Assembly (NCBI GenBank): GCA_003551425.1
Contig: PUMP01000048.1
Span: 2,825 to 66,824 of the forward strand
DNA from: Candidatus Nealsonbacteria bacterium
GTDB taxonomy: Bacteria > Patescibacteriota > Minisyncoccia > Minisyncoccales > PWPS01
Direction of reading: 5' to 3'
DNA: 64,000 bases
Positions within the stretch are counted from its first letter, which is position 1. Every line of letters starts with the position of its first letter. Position numbers and translations under genes: made by a program. Below are positions 17,728 through 27,451 of the stretch, piece by piece. The notes under the pieces are model-generated. The model was given only the letters and a program-made list of their open reading frames with translations. It did no database searches and had not been told where the DNA came from.

Positions 17728-19113
17728 TCAATCTTCAAGCTTTGATTTGAAGTAATCAATAATCTTACTTATATCCACCCTCTCTTGCTTCATGCTGTCT
17801 CGCTCTCTTATTGTCACGGTATTATCTTTTAAAGTATCGAAATCGACTGTTACGCAATAAGGTGTTCCTATCTCGTCTTGTCTGCGATATCTTTTACCGA
17901 TACTTCCGCTTACGTCAAATTCGCACATCCATTTCTCTTTTGTAGTTTTATAAATCTCTTGTGCTTTTTCCACCAATTCCGGCTTATTTTTAAGTAGCGG
18001 GAAAACGGCTATCTTGATTGGAGAAAGCCTCTTGTCTAATTTCAGAACTACTCTTTTTTCTCCTTCTACTTCTTCTTCCGTATAGGCGTTATCGATAAAC
18101 ATCAGTGTTATACGGCCTAATCCGGCGGAAGTTTCCATAATATGAGGAATAAACTTTTCTTCCGTCTTTTCGTCGGTATAGGTTAGGTCTGCTCCGGAGT
18201 GCTTTGAGTGTTGGGAAAGATCCCAGTCACCGCGAGTATGGACTCCTTCTACCTCTTTAAAGCTATTAAGGCAACTAAAATTGAATTCTATGTCATAAGC
18301 TTGGGAGGCGTAGTGAGCAAGAACGTTGTGCTTATACCAGCGTAGTTTTTCTTCCGGGATGCCGTATTCCAAATACCACTTCCATCGAAGATCTTTCCAC
18401 ATTTCGTATTTTTCATCCATTGCGTCGGGGTGCAAGAAATACTGCATCTCCATTTGTTCAAACTCTCTGGTCCTAAAAACAAATTGCCTCGCTACGATTT
18501 CATTGCGGAAGGCTTTTCCAACCTGAGCTATCCCGAAAGGGAGCTTCGGGTGCATGGAATTTAACATGTTTTTGTACTCCAGATATATCCCTCCACAAGT
18601 TTCCGGCCTTAAATAAACCACATTTTCTTCGGAAAGAGTGTCTACGGGAGAGCCCAAGTTTGATTTAATCATCAAAGAGAATTGCTTTGCATCTGTTAAA
18701 TTCTTGGAACCACAATTTATACACTTTATTTTTTCTTCCTCTTTTAGTTTATTAAGTTCTTTATTAATAAAATCGAGAGAAGCTTTATCCGCATCGATAT
18801 TAAACTCTTCCAAGATATGGTCCGCTCTCATGCGCTGCTTACAATCCCGACAATCCACTTGCGGATCATCGAAGCCCTCTACGTGTCCGGAAGCAACCCA
18901 GGTTGTCGGATGCATGAAGATGGCGCTATCAAGACCGTAAACATCGTCCCGGAGTTGTACCATGTGCTCCCACCATGCGTCACGAATATTATTTTTGAGC
19001 AATACGCCGTAATGACCGTAATCATAAATTGCGGCGAGCCCACCGTAAATCTCCGAAGAAGGGAATATAAATCCTTTTTTCTTGCAAAATGATGCCATTT
19101 TTTCCAAATTCAT
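17728..19113 (-). CDS. glyQS: glycine--tRNA ligase (alpha2 dimeric, GlyQS type)
   Basis: 461 aa; class II aaRS motifs; N-terminal FIFPSSEIYGG.A..YDYG is characteristic of GlyRS. Confidence 0.9.
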   Translation of the reverse strand: MNLEKMASFCKKKGFIFPSSEIYGGLAAIYDYGHYGVLLKNNIRDAWWEHMVQLRDDVYGLDSAIFMHPTTWVASGHVEGFDDPQVDCRDCKQRMRADHILEEFNIDADKASLDFINKELNKLKEEEKIKCINCGSKNLTDAKQFSLMIKSNLGSPVDTLSEENVVYLRPETCGGIYLEYKNMLNSMHPKLPFGIAQVGKAFRNEIVARQFVFRTREFEQMEMQYFLHPDAMDEKYEMWKDLRWKWYLEYGIPEEKLRWYKHNVLAHYASQAYDIEFNFSCLNSFKEVEGVHTRGDWDLSQHSKHSGADLTYTDEKTEEKFIPHIMETSAGLGRITLMFIDNAYTEEEVEGEKRVVLKLDKRLSPIKIAVFPLLKNKPELVEKAQEIYKTTKEKWMCEFDVSGSIGKRYRRQDEIGTPYCVTVDFDTLKDNTVTIRERDSMKQERVDISKIIDYFKSKLED

Positions 19114-19119
19114 ATTTTT

Positions 19120-19330
19120 TCTTTTATTAGTTTGTAATAAAAAACCTCGTTACAATAACCAAAACTTTTGGTCACTAGAACGAGATTTTTACCCGCGGTT
19201 CCATCTAGTTTGCCTTATTTTTTTAAATAAGACCGCCTCAATTTACCAGCCCGACCTTTTGGGTCACGAGGGGAGCCAATCTCCCTCAGACTGATTTATA
19301 TACTTTTATTATAATAAAAAAGAAATTATT
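19120..19330 (-). ncRNA. T-box riboswitch-like leader of glyQS (Gly specifier)
   Basis: The minus-strand leader carries AACTAGATGGAACCGCGGG, a T-box-like antiterminator core. Its UGGA bulge is complementary to a UCCA 3' end, and tRNA-Gly has a U discriminator. That core overlaps a terminator hairpin (CTCGTT...AACGAGG + UUUUUUAUU) just before the start codon. A GGC-containing loop (GUCGGGCUGG) lies upstream. Confidence 0.45.
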
Positions 19331-19420
19331 TTCAAGTCCCTTACAAGAGAGGGGGTTTACAGCATGTATTATCTTTGTTACCTTTAAAATCAAAGGTCGA
19401 GAAAATCAATAAAGAAAAAA

Positions 19421-19798
19421 ATGTCAAAAAACATACTTATTGGAATAATTGTTGTTTTAGTGGTTGTTATCATAGCTTTTGTCGTTTTTGAAAGAGAAGA
19501 AGACCCTACCACTTTGGAAGAGGAAGATATTGTTGTTCCTGAAGAGGACGAGATGTTTCCTCCGGAAGAAGATATGCCGATAATGCAACTAACCGAAGAA
19601 GAGCTTTTAGACCTACAAGAAGTATTTGAAGAGGTTATTCCTGAAGAGGACCTTATGGCCGCAGAAGAGGATCCGGAACTGCAAGAAGCCATTATGAGGT
19701 TGGATGAGAAAATTATGGAACTTACAGCAGAGGAGCTTCGAGAGCTGACAGTGGAGAAAGTGGAAGAGATGTTCGAGGAAGCGAAAGAAGAAAACTAG
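19421..19798 (+). CDS. small membrane-anchored, highly acidic protein
   Basis: N-terminal TM (ILIGIIVVLVVVIIAFVVF), then ~90 aa that are >40% Glu/Asp. Confidence 0.5.
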   Translation: MSKNILIGIIVVLVVVIIAFVVFEREEDPTTLEEEDIVVPEEDEMFPPEEDMPIMQLTEEELLDLQEVFEEVIPEEDLMAAEEDPELQEAIMRLDEKIMELTAEELRELTVEKVEEMFEEAKEEN

Positions 19799-19868
19799 CT
19801 TTTATTTTTATAATCAAATTGCCCGGGAGTTTCTCGGGCTTTTGTTTTATGATAAAATAAAAGATACT

Positions 19869-20312
19869 ATGAAAATAAAGAATAAGACATTAGAATTTCA
19901 AACGGAAAAGATTTTTTATTTCATTGATTTTACAAGCGAAGCGGAAAAGTTTTTAGATAGTTGTGACATAGAAAACGGATTTTTAAATGTGCAGATTATG
20001 CATACTTCTGCCGGTCTTGTCCTTAACGAAAACGAGCCCTTTCTTCTTGAGGATATAAGAGATCACCTTGAAAAGTCCGCTCCAAGATCAAGGGACTATA
20101 AGCATAATAATCTTGAGGAAAGAACCGTTAACGTTTGTGAGAACGAGTGCGAAAACGGTCATTCGCACTGCAACGCTATTCAGTTGCCGGCCACAGTGAC
20201 ATTAAACGTGGTAGGAGGAAAATTACAATTGGGACAATGGCAGAGAATTATGCTTGTTGAACTTGATAGAGCGCGTCACAGAAAAGTGCAATTACAAATT
20301 ATTGGAGAATGA
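19869..20312 (+). CDS. YjbQ/UPF0047 family protein (secondary thiamine-phosphate synthase-like)
   Basis: HTSAGL.LNENE..L..D....L....P....Y.H is the YjbQ signature. Start moved to the internal ATG. Confidence 0.7.
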   Translation: MKIKNKTLEFQTEKIFYFIDFTSEAEKFLDSCDIENGFLNVQIMHTSAGLVLNENEPFLLEDIRDHLEKSAPRSRDYKHNNLEERTVNVCENECENGHSHCNAIQLPATVTLNVVGGKLQLGQWQRIMLVELDRARHRKVQLQIIGE

Positions 20313-20719
20313 AAATGAAGTGGTTCATCTTGGCCTCTTTAATAATAATCGGTTTCTTTTTTTACAGAACAGGGCTTTATAAATTGCATACCGTTGAAGT
20401 TCCCGAAGTTCGAGAAGATAATCTTATTCATTTTTCAAAAGCCCCGGAAAATATTGGAGAGAGGTACTGGGTAAAAGGAGAGGTTGACCACGTGTTTAAA
20501 TCGGAAAGCAGTAATTATTTTATAAATTTCTGTGAAGTTTACAAAGACTGTCCTTTTTCCGGAGTAATATTCTCGGAACAATCTGCTAATTTTGAAGATA
20601 TTGAAAAGCATGAAGGAGAGTTTATTTATATATACGGATCAATCTCCACCTACGAGGACCGCCCCCAAATAATCATTGAAGATCCTGTGCAAATTAAGAA
20701 AAAGAGCTTGAAAAAATAA
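20309..20719 (+). CDS. hypothetical membrane-anchored protein
   Basis: N-terminal TM; 4-bp overlap with the YjbQ gene suggests translational coupling. Confidence 0.45.
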   Translation: MKMKWFILASLIIIGFFFYRTGLYKLHTVEVPEVREDNLIHFSKAPENIGERYWVKGEVDHVFKSESSNYFINFCEVYKDCPFSGVIFSEQSANFEDIEKHEGEFIYIYGSISTYEDRPQIIIEDPVQIKKKSLKK

Positions 20720-20758
20720 CGCTTGGGAGTAATATAATAACGAGAACAATTTAAATAC

Positions 20759-21721
20759 ATGGAAAAAAGATATTCTTTTTACACTATAGCTTTTACTCTA
20801 ATTACCGTAATAGCCGTTATTGTAATTTTTGCCGGAAATTTATTAATCAACTACCAAGAAGAAAAGGTGGTAAGAGAGAAAGTGGAAACGGCATTGCAAG
20901 TAGCCCGAGCTGTTGATGGGATTAAGCGTTCTTCCATTACCGAATATCAACCGGGGGCAAGCCTATGGACTAAAACCGCCATTAAAGAGATATCCGGCCT
21001 TGATGACTTGCTTTATATACGAATAACAGGGAAGAGCGGAAAGATTTATCAGAGTAGCGTTACGGGAGAGGACGGAAAAACGGTTACAAACCCCAATGTT
21101 TTAAAGCTTCTTTCTGCGGATGATATTACGGTAACAGATTATATTTTTGAAAAAGAAGAGGCAAAATCAATTATTTATCCCGGAGATGAAAATAAAGTTA
21201 TTTGGATAGGTCTCTCCCTGCAAAGCGCGAAAGAAATATCTGCAGAGTCAAGGATATATGCTATTTTGATTGCGATCGGGGCTTTGCTTGCAATTACCCT
21301 TATCATCTTTTTTGTTTTTAGAAACAGCATCGTTATTCCTTTAAACAGAATCATTGATGCTTTCAAAGGAGCCAGAGAGGGAGATTTAAAGACAAGCATT
21401 AATATTGACTCAAAAACCGAGATAGCGGAGCTTACCGATAATTTTAATAAGATGATTAAAGACCTGGAGTATTATCAGCTTAACCTGGAAGAATCTAAAG
21501 ATGTCTTAGAAGTTAAGATAGAAGAGAAAACCAAAGAGTTAAGGGAATTGAACGAGAACCTTGAAAATAAGATTCAAGAGAGAACGGAAGAACTACAAAG
21601 CAAAGTTGACGAGCTGGAGAAGTTTCGCCGACTTACGGTGGGAAGGGAGTTGAAGATGAAAAAGATGAAAAGGATGATAGAAAAGATGAAAAAAATAATA
21701 AAGAAGCAAAAAAAGAAATAA
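20759..21721 (+). CDS. membrane protein with HAMP domain and C-terminal coiled coil, no kinase/output domain
   Basis: Two TM helices flank a periplasmic segment. The HAMP region is IVIPLNRIIDAFKGAREGDLKTSI...IAELTDNFNKMIKDL. A K/E-rich coiled coil follows. Confidence 0.55.
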   Translation: MEKRYSFYTIAFTLITVIAVIVIFAGNLLINYQEEKVVREKVETALQVARAVDGIKRSSITEYQPGASLWTKTAIKEISGLDDLLYIRITGKSGKIYQSSVTGEDGKTVTNPNVLKLLSADDITVTDYIFEKEEAKSIIYPGDENKVIWIGLSLQSAKEISAESRIYAILIAIGALLAITLIIFFVFRNSIVIPLNRIIDAFKGAREGDLKTSINIDSKTEIAELTDNFNKMIKDLEYYQLNLEESKDVLEVKIEEKTKELRELNENLENKIQERTEELQSKVDELEKFRRLTVGRELKMKKMKRMIEKMKKIIKKQKKK

Positions 21722-21734
21722 TTCAAAGTAGTTA

Positions 21735-21765
21735 AACCCTCGGAATTATTTCCGAGGGTTTTTAA
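21735..21765 (+). terminator. intrinsic terminator
   Basis: AAACCCTCGGAAttatTTCCGAGGGTTTTT. Confidence 0.65.
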
Positions 21766-21805
21766 AGTAGTACCCAAACAGAAAATATTTTGTTATAATT
21801 AACAT

Positions 21806-22300
21806 ATGAAAAAAGTAATACAATATTATCATCCTGTTTTACGTAAAAAAGCAAAAAAGGTAGAAGATCACGAAAAGGTAAAACCTCTTATAGCTCAAAT
21901 GAAAGAAACTCTTAAGAAAGAAGAGGGGACTGGTCTTGCCGCACCTCAGGTTGGAGAATCGCTGAGAGTGATTATAGTAAACATGGATGATAATTTTTAC
22001 AGCTTTATTAATCCGGAGATAATAGAGGAAAGTGAAGAGAAAATAGTTGTAAGCGAGGGGTGTCTTAGCTTGAAAGGGCTTTATTTCGACGTAATGCGGA
22101 GTAAAGCGGTGAAAGCAAAGTTTTTAGATGAAGAGGGGAGAGAGAGGGAAATAAAAGCGGATGGTATGATGGCGATAGCGCTGCAGCATGAAATAGATCA
22201 TCTGGACGGAAAGCTTATTTTAGACAGAATGGGAATGATAAAAAAGATGTCTCTTCTTTTTCCTTTTTATTTTCGGAAATTATGCCCTTCAATGAGATAA
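21806..22300 (+). CDS. def: peptide deformylase
   Basis: GLAAPQVG, EGCLS and QHEIDHLDG motifs. Confidence 0.9.
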   Translation: MKKVIQYYHPVLRKKAKKVEDHEKVKPLIAQMKETLKKEEGTGLAAPQVGESLRVIIVNMDDNFYSFINPEIIEESEEKIVVSEGCLSLKGLYFDVMRSKAVKAKFLDEEGREREIKADGMMAIALQHEIDHLDGKLILDRMGMIKKMSLLFPFYFRKLCPSMR

Positions 22301-22869
22301 GAAGCGAGAAGGTTAGGGAAGCGTTCAAGTACATTGACCGCAGTGATTTTGTTTCCGAAAAAGAGAAAGAGAGTGCTTACGAGGACATTCCTCTTTCCAT
22401 CGGATACGGACAGACTATATCTCAGCCACTAGTGGTTGCTTTTATGCTGGAAGCCCTTGATCCAAGAGAAGGGGACAAAGTATTGGATGTTGGTTTTGGT
22501 TCGGGATGGACAACAGCCCTTCTTGCTTTTATAATAGGCAGCGAAGGGAAGGTCATTGCGGTAGAGAAAATCCCGGAAGTTTATGAGTTCGGAAAGAAAA
22601 ATATCGAAAAATATAACTTTTTAAGGAGCGGAAGGGTGGAAGTCTTTTGCGGGGACGGCAAAGAAGGTAAAAAAGAGGAAGCTCCTTTTGACAGGATTTT
22701 GGTTTCTGCTTCTGCAAAAGATGACTTGCCCTCACCGTTAAAAGAACAGCTTAAAGTGGGAGGAAAAGCCGTTGTTCCGATAGGATCTTCCGTTTTTCTT
22801 TTTTCAAAAGAAGAAAAAGGATTTCAGAAAACGGAGTATCCCGGATTCTTGTTTGTTCCTCTTGTTTAA
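22282..22869 (+). CDS. pcm: protein-L-isoaspartate O-methyltransferase
   Basis: VDR.DFV, GYGQTISQP, VLDVGFGSGW, and the size matches PCMT. Confidence 0.85.
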   Translation: MPFNEIRSEKVREAFKYIDRSDFVSEKEKESAYEDIPLSIGYGQTISQPLVVAFMLEALDPREGDKVLDVGFGSGWTTALLAFIIGSEGKVIAVEKIPEVYEFGKKNIEKYNFLRSGRVEVFCGDGKEGKKEEAPFDRILVSASAKDDLPSPLKEQLKVGGKAVVPIGSSVFLFSKEEKGFQKTEYPGFLFVPLV

Positions 22870-22872
22870 AAA

Positions 22873-23871
22873 ATGAGAAATCTTATCATAATCGCAATAG
22901 TTCTCTTTTCTCTTCTTTTTCTTTATTTGGGTTTTTATACAAGCCCGAAAGATTACGGAGAAAAAGAAATTTTTGTTGTTGAAAGCGGCGATGGTATCTT
23001 TGATATTTCGCGGAAATTGGAAGAGAAAGAGCTTGTCAGCTGCAGGTATCTTTTTGCCGCTTATGTGATTTTAAGAGGAGAAAGAAGAGACCTTAAGACA
23101 GGGATCTATGACATGCATTCGGGAATGAGTATTTCCCAAGTAACAGAAAAGCTTGTTGCCGGGAAAGTGAAAGAGGATTTTATTACCATCGTAGAAGGAT
23201 GGAATTTAAATGATATTGCTAAATATTTGGAAGAAAAAGGGTAAGGGAGTAAAGAAGAGTTTTACCGCCTTGCAGGAAGACCGCCAAGATACGAGGAACC
23301 ACAAAAGAGTGGAGAAATAAGAGAGGAATTTGCTTTTTTAAAAGAGAAGCCGGAAGATTTGCCTCTTGAGGGCTATCTTTTTCCCGACACCTATGCCGTA
23401 GCTGCCGGCGCGCAGATGGATGACATATTGAAATTATTTCTTGCAAATTTCAAAAAGAAAGCAGTAGAAGAGATAGGAGAAGAAGATATTTTTGAAACAA
23501 TTACAATCGCTTCTTTAATTGAAAAAGAAGTAATCAGTTATGAAGATAAAAGGTTGGTTTCCGGGATTATGAGAAATCGTCTTAAAATAGGAATGCCCTT
23601 ACAGATTGATGCCACTATCACTTATCTTACCGGAAGGAGAAGCGTTAATATTCCCATTTTGGAAACAAGAATAAAGTCTCCTTATAACACCTACGTAAAC
23701 ACCGGGCTTCCGATAGGACCTATCTCTAATCCGGGCATAGATAGTATAAGGGCGGCCATGGACCCGAAAGAAAACGATTATTTTTATTATCTGTCGAAGC
23801 CGACGGGAGAGACTGTTTTTAGCCGCACTCTGGAAGAACACAATTATGCAAAAAATAAATATTTAAGGTGA
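22873..23871 (+). pseudogene. mltG: endolytic murein transglycosylase MltG/YceG interrupted by one in-frame TAA (23242-23244)
   Basis: The N-terminal piece (TM + YceG N-domain) and the C-terminal piece (LEGYLFPDTY..QIDAT..GLP.GPI.NPG) are in the same frame. The 114 nt between them also translate as MltG-like sequence (GSKEEFYRLAGRPP...EDLPLEGYLFPDTY). Confidence 0.6.
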
Positions 23872-23874
23872 TTT

Positions 23875-24399
23875 ATGAAAATAGCGGTAATTGTAGCATC
23901 AAAAGATTTTCGCGATGAAGAGTATTTCATCCCTTGTCAAGTATTCAAAGAGGAAGGAGCGGAGATCTCTGTTTTTAGTGATAAAAAAGGGCCTATTATA
24001 GGATCTTACGGAGGAGAAGCGGAAGCGGAATATACTTTAAAAGAATTTACTCCGAAGAGCTTTGCTGCAGTGGTTTTTATCGGTGGACCCGGGGCGATGA
24101 GATTTCTTGATAATAAGGAGGGTTATCAAATCGCAAGAGAAGCAAAAGAAACGGGTACGTTGCTTGCCGCAATTTGTATTAGTCCGCTTATCCTGGCAAG
24201 GGCGGGAGTGCTGAAGGGGGTTGAGGCGACGGTATGGAGTTCCTCTTTAGATCAAAGTCCGGTTAAAATTTTAAAAGAAAAAGGAGGGGTTTATAAAGGT
24301 GAAGCTGTTGTGCAGGATGGAAAGATTATTACTGCTAATGGCCCGGAGGCGGCGGAGGATTTTGCCAAGAAAATAATTAGTGTATTGACAAAAAAATAA
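23875..24399 (+). CDS. DJ-1/PfpI family protein
   Basis: AAICISPLILA nucleophile elbow (Cys) and the DJ-1 fold pattern. Confidence 0.8.
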   Translation: MKIAVIVASKDFRDEEYFIPCQVFKEEGAEISVFSDKKGPIIGSYGGEAEAEYTLKEFTPKSFAAVVFIGGPGAMRFLDNKEGYQIAREAKETGTLLAAICISPLILARAGVLKGVEATVWSSSLDQSPVKILKEKGGVYKGEAVVQDGKIITANGPEAAEDFAKKIISVLTKK

Positions 24400-24523
24400 A
24401 AGTACTTATAATTCTAGTAGTAATCCGCAGACAGTGGGTAGTGTGAAAATCACGTAAACACCCGCCGAGGATGAGTTAAAGAATAATAATTCTTCTTGTC
24501 TGCGTAATAAAGCAGATTTTTTT
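24400..24523 (+). promoter_or_regulatory. putative L10(L12) leader structure upstream of rplJ
   Basis: Long-range complementary arms CCGCAGACAG...CTTGTCTGCG enclose ~70 nt immediately upstream of rplJ. Confidence 0.25.
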
Positions 24524-25039
24524 ATGACTATCACCAAAGAAAAGAAAAAAGACATAATAAAAGAGCTTAGAGAAAGCATTACAAAACAAAGCGGTATTTT
24601 CTTTGTTAACTTTAAAGGCATGAAAGGGGAGAGCGCTTATCAGTTTAGAAGCGAGCTTCAAGGGGTTAATGCAAAAATGATTGTGGCAAGAAAAACTTTG
24701 GTAAAAATTGCATTTGAAAAAGAAGGGATTGCTTTTGACCCCCAATCACTTGAAGGAGAAGTAGGCTTTGTTTTTGGTTACGAAAATGGAATTGACACAG
24801 TTAAAGTGGTTAATAAATTTGTTAAAGAAGAAGCAGTTACCCTTCTTGGCGGATTTTTTGAAGGGAAATTGTTAACTTTGGAAGAAGCAAAGAGCCTTGC
24901 CGAGCTTCCTTCCAGAGAAGAGCTTATGGCGAAGCTTCTTGGTACCATGGCAGCTCCTATGAGGGACTTCTTATGTGTACTGCAAGGCAATACAAAAGGT
25001 CTTCTTTATGTTTTAGCAAACGCTAAAGAAAAAAATTAA
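24524..25039 (+). CDS. rplJ: 50S ribosomal protein L10
   Basis: L10 family N-terminus and C-terminal L12-binding helix; sits upstream of rplL. Confidence 0.9.
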   Translation: MTITKEKKKDIIKELRESITKQSGIFFVNFKGMKGESAYQFRSELQGVNAKMIVARKTLVKIAFEKEGIAFDPQSLEGEVGFVFGYENGIDTVKVVNKFVKEEAVTLLGGFFEGKLLTLEEAKSLAELPSREELMAKLLGTMAAPMRDFLCVLQGNTKGLLYVLANAKEKN

Positions 25040-25051
25040 TTAATTAAAATT

Positions 25052-25468
25052 ATGGCAGAAGAAAAAAAAGAAGTAGAAGTTCCAAAAAAGTTTAAAGAGA
25101 TTGTAGAAAAAATAGAAAATCTTTCTGTTTTGGAGCTTTCCGAACTTGTAAAAATTTTAGAGGAAAAACTTGGTGTTTCAGCATCTGCTCCTGCGGCTGC
25201 CGCTCCTGCCGCCGCTGCTCCTGCAGCTGAAGAAGAAAAAGCGGAGAAGAGCGATTATAACATTGAGTTGAAGGGAGTTGGAGACAACAAGATCGAAGTA
25301 ATCAAGGCGGTGAGAACAATTACAGGAAAAGGATTGAAAGAAGCAAAAGACTTGGTGGACGCTGCAGCGAACGAACCACAAGTCATAAAAGAAGGAGTTC
25401 CTGCGGAGGAAGCAAAAGAAGCGGAGAAAAGCTTAAAAGAGGCCGGAGCACAAGCAGAATTAAAGTAA
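25052..25468 (+). CDS. rplL: 50S ribosomal protein L7/L12
   Basis: L12 N-terminal dimerisation domain, an Ala/Pro hinge ([15 protein letters not shown]), then the [25 protein letters not shown]. Confidence 0.9.
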   Translation: MAEEKKEVEVPKKFKEIVEKIENLSVLELSELVKILEEKLGVSASAPAAAAPAAAAPAAEEEKAEKSDYNIELKGVGDNKIEVIKAVRTITGKGLKEAKDLVDAAANEPQVIKEGVPAEEAKEAEKSLKEAGAQAELK

Positions 25469-27259
25469 TTAAAATTCTATTGAGTATACCTCTTGGCCAT
25501 CCAGGAGGTATATTTTTTCTTGATCCGAAGAGATAGCGATATCCTTCGGATTTTGCATTCCCGGGATATAGAGCTGTCTTTTAACGTCTCCCTCTTTATT
25601 TGCGATAATAATTCTTTTTTCTTTAGAGTCCAAGAAAAAGACAGGAGTATCGGAAAAAGTTTCCATTTTATTTGCCCTGAAGGAAGGGAAGACGAGATAA
25701 TTGATTTCTTCTTCATATTTTCCTCTGTAATAACGGTGTATCTTGTTATCTTTATCAAGAATAAAGATTGATCCGTCAATTGCTAATTGAAGAGCATTTT
25801 CGATTCTTTTTTCTCCTTTTTCTATCCACGTACCCGGATATTTATTGCGGTAAGAAAATATTTCACCGTTATTTTTCAGGAAGTAGGGGACTCCCAAGAA
25901 AGAAGAGAGTGATATATAAGAATGGTCGTCTTTAGCGATTTCGGAGATGGAAGGTGTCTCGTTTTCAAGAGAGAATAAGTAATTCGGGCTTGCAAAAAAC
26001 ATTGATCTGTTTAACGATGACGAAGAGAGATCCACTCCTTCTCCCGAAGGCAAAGAATAGCTATGCTCTTTGCCTGTTTTTAAATTTAGGCTAAGTATTT
26101 CCGGTGATTTTGATGTGAAAAAATAAAGAACTTCATTTGTAATAAGAATTCCTTCAGGATTTATCTCTTCTACTTTTTTAATCAGCTCAATGTCTTTTAC
26201 TTCTTCCCAGCCGGAAAGTGCTAGCAATTCATTTTCTAGCGAAATGTATCTTTCTTCAATTTGCTGATGGAGTTGTGTTCTTTTCTCTTTTAACTTTTCC
26301 AGCTCTGAGAGACTTTTTTTCAGCAAAAGAATATCTTCCTTTTCCTTGCCACGGGTAATATCTTCATCTATTTGAGAAATAATTTCTTTTTGCCTGCCTA
26401 TTCTTATATTATTTTCAACACTTATGACCAGATATCCTATGATGATAACTGCAAAAAGAAGCAAGAAGAGAGAGAGTGGCTTTCGATCAATACTGGGAAC
26501 TTTTATTTGAGGAAGACTGATTTTAGGTCTTTTTATTTTTGAAAAAGATGATGCGATCCCTTTAAAGAAACTTGGAAATGAGAATTTTTTTGTTTTTTTA
26601 TCTGATATTTTTTGCGATTCCTCTTTTAAGACTAAAGAATGATCCATAACTAAAGAAACACCGGAAGCTTCTGGAAATTTTTCTTTTTGCAGGGCAGAGA
26701 TTTTATCCATCACCTTTTCATTTAGAGGAGCTTTCATTATTTCTTGAAAAAGATTTCCTTTCTTGAAAGAGTCATAAATTTCCGGGGTTAAGATAAGTAA
26801 TTTATCTTTCTTTTTCATCTCTCCGGAAATTATATCTTGGAAAACATCACCCTCATTTTTACTTAATTCTTGGCAAATGTCTTTTATCTTACCCTCGCTA
26901 AGGAGAACAACCTTAACTTCTCCTATTTTGGCGATGTGAATGGAAAAGTTTTTAGAACACAAAAAAGCGATAAATAACTTTCCTTGATACTCTTTATTCT
27001 TTAAAAAGGAATTGACCTCTTTTAGGGTTTCGCTTAACGCTTTGTCCGGGGAAAGAGAAGTGTTTTCGTAGTATCTTTCTTTTGCAATATGAAAAATGTT
27101 CTGCAAAAAAGGAGAATCGCTTTTACTCATTTCAAGCATTTCTCCTACCATGTAAAGCTTACCGAGTTTACGCTCATAAACGTTTTGAGGCTGATGGATA
27201 AAGCTTTCTGAGATTCTTCCGGATTTCTCCGGGTTAAAATAGAGTTCAAAAATTTGCAT
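25469..27259 (-). CDS. membrane protein with N-terminal degenerate PP2C-like domain, coiled coil and C-terminal repeat domain
   Basis: The N-terminus follows the PP2C pattern (LFIAFLCSKNFSIHIAKIGEVKVVLL..G....I; KDKLLILTPEIYD resembles GDRLLLCSDGLTD). The metal-binding Asp residues are substituted. A TM helix, a coiled coil and a ~200-aa repeat-like ectodomain follow. Confidence 0.5.
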   Translation of the reverse strand: MQIFELYFNPEKSGRISESFIHQPQNVYERKLGKLYMVGEMLEMSKSDSPFLQNIFHIAKERYYENTSLSPDKALSETLKEVNSFLKNKEYQGKLFIAFLCSKNFSIHIAKIGEVKVVLLSEGKIKDICQELSKNEGDVFQDIISGEMKKKDKLLILTPEIYDSFKKGNLFQEIMKAPLNEKVMDKISALQKEKFPEASGVSLVMDHSLVLKEESQKISDKKTKKFSFPSFFKGIASSFSKIKRPKISLPQIKVPSIDRKPLSLFLLLFAVIIIGYLVISVENNIRIGRQKEIISQIDEDITRGKEKEDILLLKKSLSELEKLKEKRTQLHQQIEERYISLENELLALSGWEEVKDIELIKKVEEINPEGILITNEVLYFFTSKSPEILSLNLKTGKEHSYSLPSGEGVDLSSSSLNRSMFFASPNYLFSLENETPSISEIAKDDHSYISLSSFLGVPYFLKNNGEIFSYRNKYPGTWIEKGEKRIENALQLAIDGSIFILDKDNKIHRYYRGKYEEEINYLVFPSFRANKMETFSDTPVFFLDSKEKRIIIANKEGDVKRQLYIPGMQNPKDIAISSDQEKIYLLDGQEVYSIEF

Positions 27260-27355
27260 ATTTTACAAAAGTTTTTTTTCATTATAAACCTTCTAGTTAA
27301 ATTAATCAATTCAAAATATTGATTTTTATTAATTTTTTATGTATACTTTAAAAAA

Positions 27356-27429
27356 GGACGATTAGCTCAATGGCAGAGCGCTTGCTTCACATGCAAGAGG
27401 CCGGAGGTTCGATACCTCCATCGTCCACC
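27356..27429 (+). tRNA. tRNA-Val (anticodon CAC)
   Basis: Cloverleaf: acceptor GGACGAT/ATCGTCC, D-stem GCTC/GAGC, anticodon stem CTTGC/GCAAG with loop TTCACAT, T-arm GGAGG-TTCGATA-CCTCC. Confidence 0.85.
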
Positions 27430-27451
27430 TCAATGAAAAGGAGGGTCTTAG

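Noticed and set aside
18288-19092. Plus-strand ORFs opposite glyQS
   Set aside because: They overlap a highly conserved aaRS gene on the other strand; no independent support.
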